This document shows positions 7,425-16,984 of a stretch of DNA of 30,092 nt, in pieces. The position numbers and the translations under genes were made by a program. The DNA lies in contig JAGGZB010000078.1 in the NCBI GenBank assembly GCA_021162225.1, positions 1-30,092 of the forward strand. Reading direction: 5' to 3'. The notes beneath the pieces are model-generated. The model was not told where the DNA came from, made no database searches, and saw only the letters and a list, made by a program, of their open reading frames with translations. Position 1 is the stretch's first letter. Each line of letters starts with the position of its first letter. Source of the DNA: Candidatus Bathyarchaeota archaeon (lineage in GTDB: Archaea; Thermoproteota; Bathyarchaeia; Bathyarchaeales; DTEX01).

Positions 7425-9500
7425 GTGATTTCTATGAGAAACAAAGGCGAATTTGCTGAGCTACTAAAGCCTAGAATTAAACTTTTTTCACTAAAGGGAA
7501 TAAGCCTCTACAGAGATATTTGGATCGAATATTCGGAGAGATATCTTAAGCATTATTTTAACATTTTAGGAAGCGGATGGGTAAAAATTTACTACGGTAT
7601 AGAAGCTAAAGGTATGCACGGATATAAATACCTAGAGTCTGCCCAAATGAGCTTTGATAAAGCTCTAGACGAATTGCCTCGTTTTCAACAAGGCAAAGCG
7701 AGGGAGATCTTCGAAGTAATAGAATCTATTAATCCAAGATACGAACCGATAGACTGGCAGGTTGATTACAAATCAGGATATAGATGGTCAGCCGACATTC
7801 CATGGAGCAATATAAGATATGGATATATGCCTGGAATAGACCTTAAAATGCCTGGTGAACTAGGGCGGTTTCAGCATCTCTTAACGTTGGGAATAACTTA
7901 CCAGATCACAGGAGATGAAAGGTACGCGCGAGAGATTATCTGCGAAATCCTAGACTGGATTGCCATGAATCCCCCAGGATACGGCGCAGGATGGTATGCT
8001 CCGATGAATGTGGCGATTAGATCCGCCAATTGGTCAGTGGCGCTTGAATTCATAAAAGATTATCTTTCCTCTCAGATTCATCAAGAACATGTAATAATCT
8101 TCCTGAGAGAACTTCTTAGAAACTTAAAGGAGCATGGAGAATTTGTTTATTCGCATCTTGAGAAGGGCGTAATACATCCGAATCATTACCTGTCAAACCT
8201 GGCAGGTCTAATTCTGGTCTCAATAGCTACTGAAGCGTTAATTGATGAAGCTGAGAAATGGAGAGAGTTAGCCCTAGAAGAGCTAAAAAGAGAAGCTTTC
8301 ATTCAAGTCTACGAGGATGGAGTGGATTTCGAAGAAGCCACCGGATATCAGAGACTAGCGTTAGAGATGTTCTTCTACCCTACCCTCTTCGAGGTTAAAG
8401 CGAATGAAAAATTCGATGGTAGCAATTACTTAGAAATCTGCAGAGAGCTCTTTGGTCGAAACTACATAGACAAACTGCGAAAGATGTTCGATTTTCTCCG
8501 CTTGTCCTCCAAACCTGATGGAAGAATTCCATTGATAGGCGATTATGACAGTGGAAGATTCCTAAAGTTCGAATTGCCTGATATCAAATCTCCCGATGTA
8601 AGCTATCTGCTTCCACTGGCCGCATGCTTCTTTAAGGACTCAAGGTTCAACGTAGAATTCCTCCAGCCCCATAGGCTTAAACGGTACTTCCCCATAATTC
8701 CTCTCTTCGGAGCAGAAGCATACGATGCCTTGGTGAAGGCTGAGCCAGTCAAATTAAACGAGATAAAAAGTAGGAGATTTCCGGATGCCGGAATGTTCGT
8801 GATGAGAAACATGGACGATTACGTTTTTATTTCTTGCGGTCCTATCGGAACCGCTGGGCTAGGAGGACACGGCCACAACGATAAGCTATCCTTTGAGCTA
8901 TGTTTTGGAGGTCGGGACATCATTGTCGATCCAGGCGTATATACCTATACCTCCTCCATGGACTGGAGAAGACTTTTTAGATCAACGTTTGTTCATAACA
9001 CTTTGACCGTAAACTTTGAAGAACAGAATAGGTTTTCTGAAAAGTCTCCATGGTGGGGTATGCTCGAAGATACAAAATGTAAATGCTTAGAATGGAAGGT
9101 TTCTTCAAGCTTGGACATATTCGAAGGAGAACACTATGGTTATACCAGGCTTAACCCTCCCCTCATACATAGGAGAAGAATAGAATTCCACAAAGATAAG
9201 AGAGAGCTGAGAATCTACGACTCGCTTTTGAACCAAAATCCTGAAGACGGTCAATATTATGTGGTCCTATGGAATTTTACGCTTCACCCAGAATGCCGAA
9301 TAGAAGCGATAGATGATAGGGTTGTCTCTGTGACGAACCGTGATGTAAGAGTGACATTTACTATTAATGAAGGATCATGGGGAATTGAAGAGGCTTATTA
9401 CGCTCCGGAATACGGAGTGAAAATGAAAACAATAGCCTTAAAAACTAAAGAAAGCAACGCGCAGAACAGACGCTTCACTATAGCCTTAGAAAAAGATTAG
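7425..9500 (+). CDS. Heparinase II/III-like protein with an N-terminal alpha-toroid (alginate-lyase-like) domain; likely start ATG 7434
   Basis: ELGRFQHL, NHYLSNLAGL, GHGHNDKLSFEL, DPGVYTY and RSTFVHNT motifs. No signal peptide seen. Confidence 0.85.
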   Translation: MISMRNKGEFAELLKPRIKLFSLKGISLYRDIWIEYSERYLKHYFNILGSGWVKIYYGIEAKGMHGYKYLESAQMSFDKALDELPRFQQGKAREIFEVIESINPRYEPIDWQVDYKSGYRWSADIPWSNIRYGYMPGIDLKMPGELGRFQHLLTLGITYQITGDERYAREIICEILDWIAMNPPGYGAGWYAPMNVAIRSANWSVALEFIKDYLSSQIHQEHVIIFLRELLRNLKEHGEFVYSHLEKGVIHPNHYLSNLAGLILVSIATEALIDEAEKWRELALEELKREAFIQVYEDGVDFEEATGYQRLALEMFFYPTLFEVKANEKFDGSNYLEICRELFGRNYIDKLRKMFDFLRLSSKPDGRIPLIGDYDSGRFLKFELPDIKSPDVSYLLPLAACFFKDSRFNVEFLQPHRLKRYFPIIPLFGAEAYDALVKAEPVKLNEIKSRRFPDAGMFVMRNMDDYVFISCGPIGTAGLGGHGHNDKLSFELCFGGRDIIVDPGVYTYTSSMDWRRLFRSTFVHNTLTVNFEEQNRFSEKSPWWGMLEDTKCKCLEWKVSSSLDIFEGEHYGYTRLNPPLIHRRRIEFHKDKRELRIYDSLLNQNPEDGQYYVVLWNFTLHPECRIEAIDDRVVSVTNRDVRVTFTINEGSWGIEEAYYAPEYGVKMKTIALKTKESNAQNRRFTIALEKD

Positions 9501-9560
9501 AAAAGAGGAGATGCCGCTCAGAATTTACTAGGATCGGTCATTTTTCTCCTCATTCTTTTC
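9501..9560 (+). terminator. Possible hairpin/T-rich terminator after the heparinase-like gene
   Basis: AAAAGAGGAGA can pair imperfectly with TCTCCTCATTCTTTT; T5 run at about 9541-9545. Confidence 0.3.
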
Positions 9561-9679
9561 AGCAACAAAAATTCAGTTTAGTCTGAAAACGAACAACAAG
9601 CGTTATAAGACGTCCACCTTTCTTCAGTGAGATTTAAGAGCGAAAAACACTCCATATTAAGGGGGGACGACAGCTCCTC

Positions 9680-11005
9680 ATGGAAAGAAAAAAGATCGAT
9701 ATAAAGAAATCATTGGAATTGTACAAGAGAATATTGAAGGTGATTCCCGGCGGTTCTCAAACTATGAGTAAACGTCCGGAAAACTTCGCTTTTGGTGCGT
9801 TTCCTATATTCTTGGAGAAAGGAAAAGGTTCTCACGTATGGGATGTGGACGGCAACGAATACATCGATTATATAATGAGTCTAGGCCCCATCACGCTTGG
9901 ATACTGTTATCCCGTCATAAATGAAGCTGTAAAAGCGCAGCTCGAAAAAGGATCAATCTTCAGCTTGCCTCACAGGCTGGAGATAGAAGCCGCGGAAGCT
10001 ATAATAGACTGTGTTCCATGCGCTGAGATGGTGAGGTTCTTTAAAACAGGAGCTGAAGCTGCCGCTGCGGCGGTGAGGGTAGCTCGTGCTTTTACTGGCA
10101 AGGAAAAAATTGCATCGTATGGCTATCATGGCTGGCTTGATATCTGGACGGCTGAACATATTGGGCATCCAAGAGCTCGCGGTGTGCCAAGCGTATTGAA
10201 AGACTACATAATTAGCTTTAACTATAACGATTTCGAATCTGAAAATTCTATTGAAAGCGTCTTGAAGAAACATAAGGATGAAATCGCCTGCATAGTCATG
10301 AGCCCAATAAGCTACTGGAGCCCCCCAAAGGATGGATACTTAAAGTGGGTGCGGGAGCTTGCCGATGAGCATGAGGTAGTACTTGTCTTCGATGAGATAG
10401 TGACGGGATTCCGCCTATCTCTAGGCGGGGCTCAAGAATACTTCGGAGTAACTCCTGACTTAGCTTGCTTTGCCAAGGGGATCTCTAATGGTCTGCCTAT
10501 CTCTGCATTAGCAGGTAAAAAGGAGATTATGCAGATAATGGAGGATCTCACAGTAAGTAGTACTTATGGCGGAGATACTTTGTCGCTAGCCGCGGTTACC
10601 GCGGCCATAAAAGAATGCAAAGAAAAGAGTGTTCCAGAGTATCTCTGGAGACAGGGAAGAAAACTTATGGAAGGCTTGAACAAAAAAGCGAGAGATGTAG
10701 GGGTCAATGTTGAGTGGGTTGGCTTCGCTCCGATATCGATGTATCGGTTCTCATATGAGAACGCTTCTCTATCAAGCGACATGACAGTTCTGTTTCTGCA
10801 AGAATGCGCAAAACGCGGTGTTCTGTTCAGAAAGGAGGGACCGGTTTACATATCTTTCTCGCACACCAATGAAGACATAGAAAGGACTATAGATGTCTGC
10901 GGCGAGGCGCTTGAATTTCTGAGGGATGCATACGAAAAAGGCGAGGTACACTCCAGATTGGAAACATTAAAGCCCCCTAACAGCCCGTATCGCAGATTCT
11001 CATAA
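9680..11005 (+). CDS. Class III PLP aminotransferase (GSA-aminomutase-like fold), probably acting on a sugar or amino sugar
   Basis: IPGGSQT, DVDGNEYIDY, FFKTGAEA, FDEIVTGFR, PLP lysine in FAKGISNG, SSTYGG. Confidence 0.88.
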   Translation: MERKKIDIKKSLELYKRILKVIPGGSQTMSKRPENFAFGAFPIFLEKGKGSHVWDVDGNEYIDYIMSLGPITLGYCYPVINEAVKAQLEKGSIFSLPHRLEIEAAEAIIDCVPCAEMVRFFKTGAEAAAAAVRVARAFTGKEKIASYGYHGWLDIWTAEHIGHPRARGVPSVLKDYIISFNYNDFESENSIESVLKKHKDEIACIVMSPISYWSPPKDGYLKWVRELADEHEVVLVFDEIVTGFRLSLGGAQEYFGVTPDLACFAKGISNGLPISALAGKKEIMQIMEDLTVSSTYGGDTLSLAAVTAAIKECKEKSVPEYLWRQGRKLMEGLNKKARDVGVNVEWVGFAPISMYRFSYENASLSSDMTVLFLQECAKRGVLFRKEGPVYISFSHTNEDIERTIDVCGEALEFLRDAYEKGEVHSRLETLKPPNSPYRRFS

Positions 11006-11030
11006 TTATAAAGTTAAGTGGTGATCAAGA

Positions 11031-12980
11031 ATGGTTGATGATGAGAATCTATATGGATCCGCTTCAATATATCCGAAAAAAGAGACGGTCGTTGGAAGGT
11101 GTGAAAGCTGGGTTATCATTTATAAGGTTGGCAAGAGAGGAATAGATGTCGGCGGAGGGTTAGTCATAACCTTCCCGCTCCACGGATTCTCGGGTTTCAG
11201 ATTCTTCCCGGATGTTTCAATGGATGGAAAATGGAATGTTTGGGATATCACTGAGCCAGGATATCTCTACATAACCTCTTCAAATCCTGCGGTTAAGCTT
11301 AAGGCCGAGGGAGGATCTCATAGGTATACTCCACCAGCCAGGGATTATGGAGTGGAGGCTCTAAAGAAGGGTAAGCCAATGTTTCTTTGGCCGGGTAGAC
11401 CGCTCTACATAAAGGTTGAAGAAGCTCCATTAAGGGAAGGAGATGAGATCAGAATATGCTGGGGTGACACTTCGTCGGGAAGCCCAGGGGTCGTTACTGG
11501 AACATTGGCGAGAGAGGTAGAGCTCTTCATAGCCGTTGATCCCGACGGAAAGCTTAAGGGACCTATCTGTGGATATTATCCCATCAAGAAAAATCCGAAG
11601 ATCAGAGTTTTACCTGATCATCCTGTAAAGCTCGTAGTGACAGCCCCGTCAAGAGTTAGAGTCGGTGAACGCTTTGAAGTCTCCGTGGTTGCAAGGGACA
11701 AGTATGAAAACGTTTCTTTCCAGTATTCTGGAACGTTAAAGATTGGCTTCTCTGATTCTCAAGCTGAAGCTCCTAGAGTGCTACGGGCCAAAAGCGGAGA
11801 AAGAGTTCACAAATTCACTGTCTGCCCCAAAACAATTGGTGTTCATAGAATAGTCGTAACGGACGAAAAGAACGGATTGAAAGGTATAAGCAATCCTATC
11901 GACTGCCGTGAAGCCAAGCCGGACTACAAGATATACTGGGGAGACCCCCATGTTCACAGTAGCCTATCTGACGGTCTGGGAACCCTAGAGGAATGCTACG
12001 AATATGCCAGATACGATGCCGATCTAGACTTTGCTGTTGTAACAGATCACGACACGATGATCACGGATGAAAAATGGGAGCTTATTAAGAGGGCTGCTTC
12101 GGAATTTTATGAACCCGGAAAATTCGTTACTTTCAGCGGATACGAATATTCTGAGAGAAAATATGGCGGCGACAAAAATGTGTATTACTTCACTGATGAC
12201 CAGCCGATCTTCAGGTGCATCGATGAAGGAAGCAAGACTCCCATAGAGCTCTGGAATAATCTCCGCGGAAGAAAAGCCCTAACTATTCCTCATCACACTA
12301 CGCATAAGTACATGAGGACTAATTGGGATTATCATGACCCGCATTTTCAGCGTCTCGTCGAGATATACTCGGAATGGGGGAATTCCGAATATCCAGGGAA
12401 TCCTAGACCATTATGTCTTAATCATCTCCATGAGGAAAGAGCGCCTCCAAAAGGAACAACAGTTCAGGACGGGCTTGCCCGGGGATATCGTTTAGGCTTT
12501 GTTGCTGGAAGCGATAATCACTCTGGACAACCGGGTTATTGTGACCAGATGGGTAATTTCTCACGTAGACGTGCATATCATGGAGGACTGACGGCTATTT
12601 ATGCGGAGAACCTCACAAGAGAAGCCCTTTGGGAAGCCCTATATAATAGAAGGTGTTATGCTACTACTGGCGCTAGGATCATCGTTGAATTCTTTATGGA
12701 TAAGCATATGATGGGCGAAGAATATTCTACGAATGAACCCCCGGAGATTAACGTCAGAGTTCTAGGAACGAGTTCTATCGAGAAAGTAGAAGTAGTGAGA
12801 TCCAATAAGGAGATATTCGTTAAAGAGGGAAATGGCTCTCAAGTATGTTTCCACTTCGTAGATGAGAATATAATGCCCGGCTTTAACTACTACTATATCA
12901 GAGTGACTCAAGAAGACGGAGAGATGGCGTGGTCAAGCCCAATATGGGTGCACTACCTCCATAAAGAAGACGTTAAGTGA
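11031..12980 (+). CDS. PHP-fold metallohydrolase (DUF3604 / CehA-McbA-like) with a long N-terminal beta-rich region
   Basis: Metal motifs WGDPHVHS, VTDHD, IPHH, GSDNHSG and the family signature ALWEALYNRRCYATTG; C-terminal YYYIRVTQEDGEMAWSSPIW. Confidence 0.8.
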   Translation: MVDDENLYGSASIYPKKETVVGRCESWVIIYKVGKRGIDVGGGLVITFPLHGFSGFRFFPDVSMDGKWNVWDITEPGYLYITSSNPAVKLKAEGGSHRYTPPARDYGVEALKKGKPMFLWPGRPLYIKVEEAPLREGDEIRICWGDTSSGSPGVVTGTLAREVELFIAVDPDGKLKGPICGYYPIKKNPKIRVLPDHPVKLVVTAPSRVRVGERFEVSVVARDKYENVSFQYSGTLKIGFSDSQAEAPRVLRAKSGERVHKFTVCPKTIGVHRIVVTDEKNGLKGISNPIDCREAKPDYKIYWGDPHVHSSLSDGLGTLEECYEYARYDADLDFAVVTDHDTMITDEKWELIKRAASEFYEPGKFVTFSGYEYSERKYGGDKNVYYFTDDQPIFRCIDEGSKTPIELWNNLRGRKALTIPHHTTHKYMRTNWDYHDPHFQRLVEIYSEWGNSEYPGNPRPLCLNHLHEERAPPKGTTVQDGLARGYRLGFVAGSDNHSGQPGYCDQMGNFSRRRAYHGGLTAIYAENLTREALWEALYNRRCYATTGARIIVEFFMDKHMMGEEYSTNEPPEINVRVLGTSSIEKVEVVRSNKEIFVKEGNGSQVCFHFVDENIMPGFNYYYIRVTQEDGEMAWSSPIWVHYLHKEDVK

Positions 12981-13759
12981 TGCTGGTGAAGAGTATGATC
13001 ATCGATATTCATGCGCATCCATCAAGAGATAGAAAAGCTTTAAGGAGCATGCTAGAAGCCGCCAGAAAAGCAGGAATTGACAAGGTATGTCTGCTTCCAA
13101 TACGTGGCAGATCATTTGAAAGATACTTTTACACCAATGAAGAAATGAAAAATCTTGTGAAAGAATATTCGGATTGGGTGATTGGCTTCTCTGCTGGAAG
13201 CTGTATTGATCCTAACGGAGCCGAAGACTTGGAAAAGGCTGTCAGGGATTATGGATTGAAAGGAGTGAAGATTCATGAAGAGAGGAACTGGGTTCTGAAG
13301 GGGCTCTTAGGATGCCACGGACTTTTAAGGAAGGCGGGAGAGCTAGGTGTCCCTGTTATAATTCATAGCTGGCATGAAGAGGAAGGGCTTCCTCCAGGAT
13401 CGGAAAAATATGTAGGGTTACAAGGACGTTTTCCCGTGCATATAATAAGCGAGGTTGCGCGAAAATGTCCAGATACCATACTGATATTCGCGCATATGGG
13501 CGGAAACTGGGAGAAGGCACTTCAAGCGGCTAAGCCGCATGAAAATGTATACTTTGATACTTGTGGCTTCGATCCAATAATAGGCGTGGTGGAAAGAGCT
13601 GTAGAAGTACTTGGTCCGGAAAGAATACTATTTGGATCCGACGCGCCGGGACGTAGCTTCGTCGCCCAATTATCCAAGATTCAATATGCAGACATAAGCG
13701 AAAGAGATCGGAGGTTGATTCTTGGAGAAAACGCCATGAGAATCCTAGGATTGAGGTGA
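12977..13759 (+). CDS. Amidohydrolase-2 family TIM-barrel metallohydrolase with intact metal ligands
   Basis: DIHAH, GVKIH, IIHS, FAHMGG, FGSDAP; 4-nt GTGA overlap with the upstream gene. Confidence 0.88.
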   Translation: MMLVKSMIIDIHAHPSRDRKALRSMLEAARKAGIDKVCLLPIRGRSFERYFYTNEEMKNLVKEYSDWVIGFSAGSCIDPNGAEDLEKAVRDYGLKGVKIHEERNWVLKGLLGCHGLLRKAGELGVPVIIHSWHEEEGLPPGSEKYVGLQGRFPVHIISEVARKCPDTILIFAHMGGNWEKALQAAKPHENVYFDTCGFDPIIGVVERAVEVLGPERILFGSDAPGRSFVAQLSKIQYADISERDRRLILGENAMRILGLR

Positions 13760-14541
13760 CGAATATGATAGTAGACATGAATGCATTTCTTGGGAGATGG
13801 CCCTTCTGGAAGCTTAGGTATCAAGGTGTTAAGAATCTGCTAAAGCTTATGGATAGAGCGAAGATCGATAAGGCTGTAGTCTCCTCTTTGGACAGTGTCT
13901 TTTTCATCAATTATGAAGAGGGAAACATGGACGTAGCTGATGCTTGCCGTCTACATCCGGATAGGCTGATACCATTCGCTGTTATCAATCCAAATTTTCC
14001 CTTATGGATGGATCATCTTGAAGTATGCGTCGAAGAGTATGGAGCTAGAGGTATAAAGCTCCATCCGGACTATCATAAGTACAGTCTACTATCTGAGGAA
14101 GCGGCAGAGCTAATGAGGAAAGCTAAGAAAATGAAGCTTCCAGTCTTTATTCAGACGAGCATTATGGACATGAGGCATCATCCGGGATACTGCCTTGTGG
14201 TTGAAGCTTCTATACTGGAGGTAGCCTCAGTCATTAAGAGATACTCCGAGAACACGTTCATAATAGGTGGAGCTAAACATTTCGGCTCTCGCGTGCTAGA
14301 ATTGCTGGGGCAAGTTTCTGGGTGCAAAAACTTCTATATCGAGACTTCCGGAATCGGCGGTCCTTTCGACTGCATAGAAAGACTGGTTGAATCTATAGGG
14401 AGTTCAAAGCTTCTCTTAGGAACGAGAATGCCGCTTCTCTATCCAGAATCCGCAAAGTTGATGGTCGAAAAGGCGGAGATAGACGAGGAAGATAAAGAGA
14501 AAATTCTAGGCGGTAATGCATCGAATCTTCTATCTATTTAA
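13756..14541 (+). CDS. Amidohydrolase-2 family homolog with degenerate metal ligands (probable pseudoenzyme or partner subunit)
   Basis: Same fold signals (GIKLHP, KILGGNA) but DMNAF, FIQT, IIGG and LGTRMP replace the HxH, H, H and D ligand positions. 4-nt overlap with the upstream paralog. Confidence 0.8.
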   Translation: MTNMIVDMNAFLGRWPFWKLRYQGVKNLLKLMDRAKIDKAVVSSLDSVFFINYEEGNMDVADACRLHPDRLIPFAVINPNFPLWMDHLEVCVEEYGARGIKLHPDYHKYSLLSEEAAELMRKAKKMKLPVFIQTSIMDMRHHPGYCLVVEASILEVASVIKRYSENTFIIGGAKHFGSRVLELLGQVSGCKNFYIETSGIGGPFDCIERLVESIGSSKLLLGTRMPLLYPESAKLMVEKAEIDEEDKEKILGGNASNLLSI

Positions 14542-14668
14542 TAAAAGATCTTTTGTAGTTTTTTGGGATATTATGTTGTTCTTTAAAGATAAAAATTCTT
14601 TTTTAAGAGGAAATCTTTTAAGGAAAATGGATGTAACATTTCTATCGTAAAAGAGAGGGATAAAGATT

Positions 14669-16036
14669 ATGAATCGTATGGCTATTACGAAGATTCAAGC
14701 AATAGCTATTGTCATTGTTTTGGTCATAGCAGGTATTGGCGGTTATTATGCGTACCAGATGAGTATGCCAAAGCAGAAAGAGAAAGTGATCGTATGGACG
14801 TTCCCGCTAACCACGATGGAAACTTTCACCGATATGCTAAAGAATTTGGAGAAGGAATTCGAATCTAAAAACCCCGATATCGATCTGGAATTTCAGGTTT
14901 ATCCATGGGGCGGCAGAGATGCTAGAATGATCACAGCCGTCGCTGGAGGTGAAGCTCCCGACATCTGCTACTTTAACCCTCGACATGTAGCTAAGTTCCT
15001 ATCCCTTAACGCTTTGGTTCCAGTAGATGATTACCTGCCAGATGAATATAAGACCGGAGCATATGAATGGGCCTTGAAAATGTATTACTATAATGGAAGC
15101 ACTTGGGCAGCACCGTTCCTTGTAGGCGGACCGACTCTAGCAATATACAGCGTTGAAGCCTTTGAGAAAGCTGGCATCACTCCTCCATCAGGTCCTGAAG
15201 ACGCTTGGACCGTCGATCAATTCATAGAGGCCTGCTTAAAACTTAAGGAGCACGGTTACTACCTTGGAATTCCAGGCCGAGTGGGACTGCCAGCTCATCT
15301 ATTGCCTGCATTTAACATGTATGGAGCTGATGTATTCCCACATGAAGGAATTCCTTGGGCAAAGACAATTGCATTCAATAACAGCGCAGGTGTGAAGGCC
15401 TTCAAGTTCTTCTATGATCTATGGAACACATATAAGGTTGCTCATCCATCACTGGCTGGAACCCCACCGCCAGGATTGGACACAGAGCTCTTCGCAGTGA
15501 AGAAGGAGATCGGCATACTGATGGCTGCACCCTTCGGCACCGCGGCTTTAGAGATCCATGATAAGAATCCAGATTTCAAGTGGGGCGTGCTCGGTCTAAT
15601 ATGGGATAAGGAGTCCGGCAAAGGCAAATGGCCGAATCTTCCATGCATGGAATGTAACTCAGCTGTCGGCGCCTGGGGCGCATTCAAGCAATCATTTAAT
15701 AAGCATCCAAAGGCAGCCGGAAAAGTGCTTAGTTTTCTGTTATCAAAACACTTTACAGAAGAGTATTGTAAGAGCGGCGGAAGATTAACAGTGTACAAGG
15801 ATCTCAAAGACATGTACAAGGGAACAGAAAGGTGGGAGATCTGCAAAATGGGAGAATATCTAAAGTGGATTGACTATGTCCGACCAGAATGGGGCGTTCA
15901 TCCCGCTGCAACAGATGTATACGAGATACTCGTCAGCGAGCTTGAATCATGCATAAACGGCGAGAAGACTCCTGAAGAAGCCGTTCGAGACGCTGCAAGT
16001 GAATGCGTACAGGCTATAAAGAGGGCGCTAAAGTAA
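14669..16036 (+). CDS. Carbohydrate ABC transporter substrate-binding protein (CUT1), N-terminal TM anchor; start may be ATG 14678
   Basis: ITKIQAIAIVIVLVIAGIGGYYAY anchor, FESKNPDI, VAGGEAPDI, C-terminal GEKTPEEAVRD. Confidence 0.9.
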   Translation: MNRMAITKIQAIAIVIVLVIAGIGGYYAYQMSMPKQKEKVIVWTFPLTTMETFTDMLKNLEKEFESKNPDIDLEFQVYPWGGRDARMITAVAGGEAPDICYFNPRHVAKFLSLNALVPVDDYLPDEYKTGAYEWALKMYYYNGSTWAAPFLVGGPTLAIYSVEAFEKAGITPPSGPEDAWTVDQFIEACLKLKEHGYYLGIPGRVGLPAHLLPAFNMYGADVFPHEGIPWAKTIAFNNSAGVKAFKFFYDLWNTYKVAHPSLAGTPPPGLDTELFAVKKEIGILMAAPFGTAALEIHDKNPDFKWGVLGLIWDKESGKGKWPNLPCMECNSAVGAWGAFKQSFNKHPKAAGKVLSFLLSKHFTEEYCKSGGRLTVYKDLKDMYKGTERWEICKMGEYLKWIDYVRPEWGVHPAATDVYEILVSELESCINGEKTPEEAVRDAASECVQAIKRALK

Positions 16037-16091
16037 AATATAAATCCCCTCCATTATTTTTTAAGAAAGATTAAAAGAAGGCTGATGATGA

Positions 16092-16973
16092 TTGGCCTCT
16101 AAAAGCGAGATAAAAAGGAAGAAAGTATATTACTTCATGATTACTCCCTTCTTCATACTTTTCACAATATGTATACTCATTCCAATAGGATATGCTTTCT
16201 ACATTAGCTTCTTTAGGTGGTCAGGTGTAACGATAGAATCCACCTTTGTGGGCCTAGAAAACTACATAGATATGTTCTCAGATCCCCTGTTCTGGAAGTG
16301 TGCTCAAAATACCGTAATATTCACCGCGGGTTTTCTATTATTAACCACGGCTCTCTCGCTAATGTTGGCTCTTGCCTTAAACAAGATAATGAGGGGAACG
16401 GTCCTTTTTAGGACGATGAGTTTTATTCCGTATGTTACCTCCAGCGCAGTTATAGCAATAGTCTGGAGGTTGATGTTCGACCATGCCTATGGAGTCTTAA
16501 ACATAATTCTAGAATCTCTAGGATTACCGAGAGTTTTATGGTTATCAAAGGATATGGCAATATACTCATGTCTACTCGTATCCGTCTGGCAGAACCTAGG
16601 ATACTATACGGTTCTCCTATTAGCCGGACTTCAGACAATCCCTGACGTTTATTACGATGCTGCTAAAGTCGATGGAGCTGGTGGAGGAGTAATCTTCAAA
16701 GAAATCACCCTCCCCTTACTAAAGCCTACGCTCTTTATGGTTATAGCCCTTGAAACCTTAAGTTCCTTCTTCGTTTATGACATTGTCTACACGCTAACAC
16801 AAGGCGGCCCTGGATATGCCTCTACAACTCTCATGTACTACCTGTATAGGAGAGGTTTCATCAATTTCTACTTCGGATATGCTTCCGCAATAGGGATATT
16901 CCTAGCGGCCATCGGCTTCATAGTTGTAATGTTCCAAAGAAGATATATTGGGAGGCCTGTTGCCCAGTTTTAG
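16092..16973 (+). CDS. Carbohydrate ABC transporter permease (MalF-like)
   Basis: FVGLENY, multiple TM helices, EAA loop YYDAAKVDGA, LTQGGPG. Confidence 0.93.
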   Translation: MASKSEIKRKKVYYFMITPFFILFTICILIPIGYAFYISFFRWSGVTIESTFVGLENYIDMFSDPLFWKCAQNTVIFTAGFLLLTTALSLMLALALNKIMRGTVLFRTMSFIPYVTSSAVIAIVWRLMFDHAYGVLNIILESLGLPRVLWLSKDMAIYSCLLVSVWQNLGYYTVLLLAGLQTIPDVYYDAAKVDGAGGGVIFKEITLPLLKPTLFMVIALETLSSFFVYDIVYTLTQGGPGYASTTLMYYLYRRGFINFYFGYASAIGIFLAAIGFIVVMFQRRYIGRPVAQF

Positions 16974-16984
16974 GTGAGAAGATT

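Noticed and set aside
9680-11005. Call as hemL (glutamate-1-semialdehyde aminomutase)
   Set aside because: The fold matches, but there are no tetrapyrrole genes nearby and the context is carbohydrate metabolism; kept as a generic class III aminotransferase.
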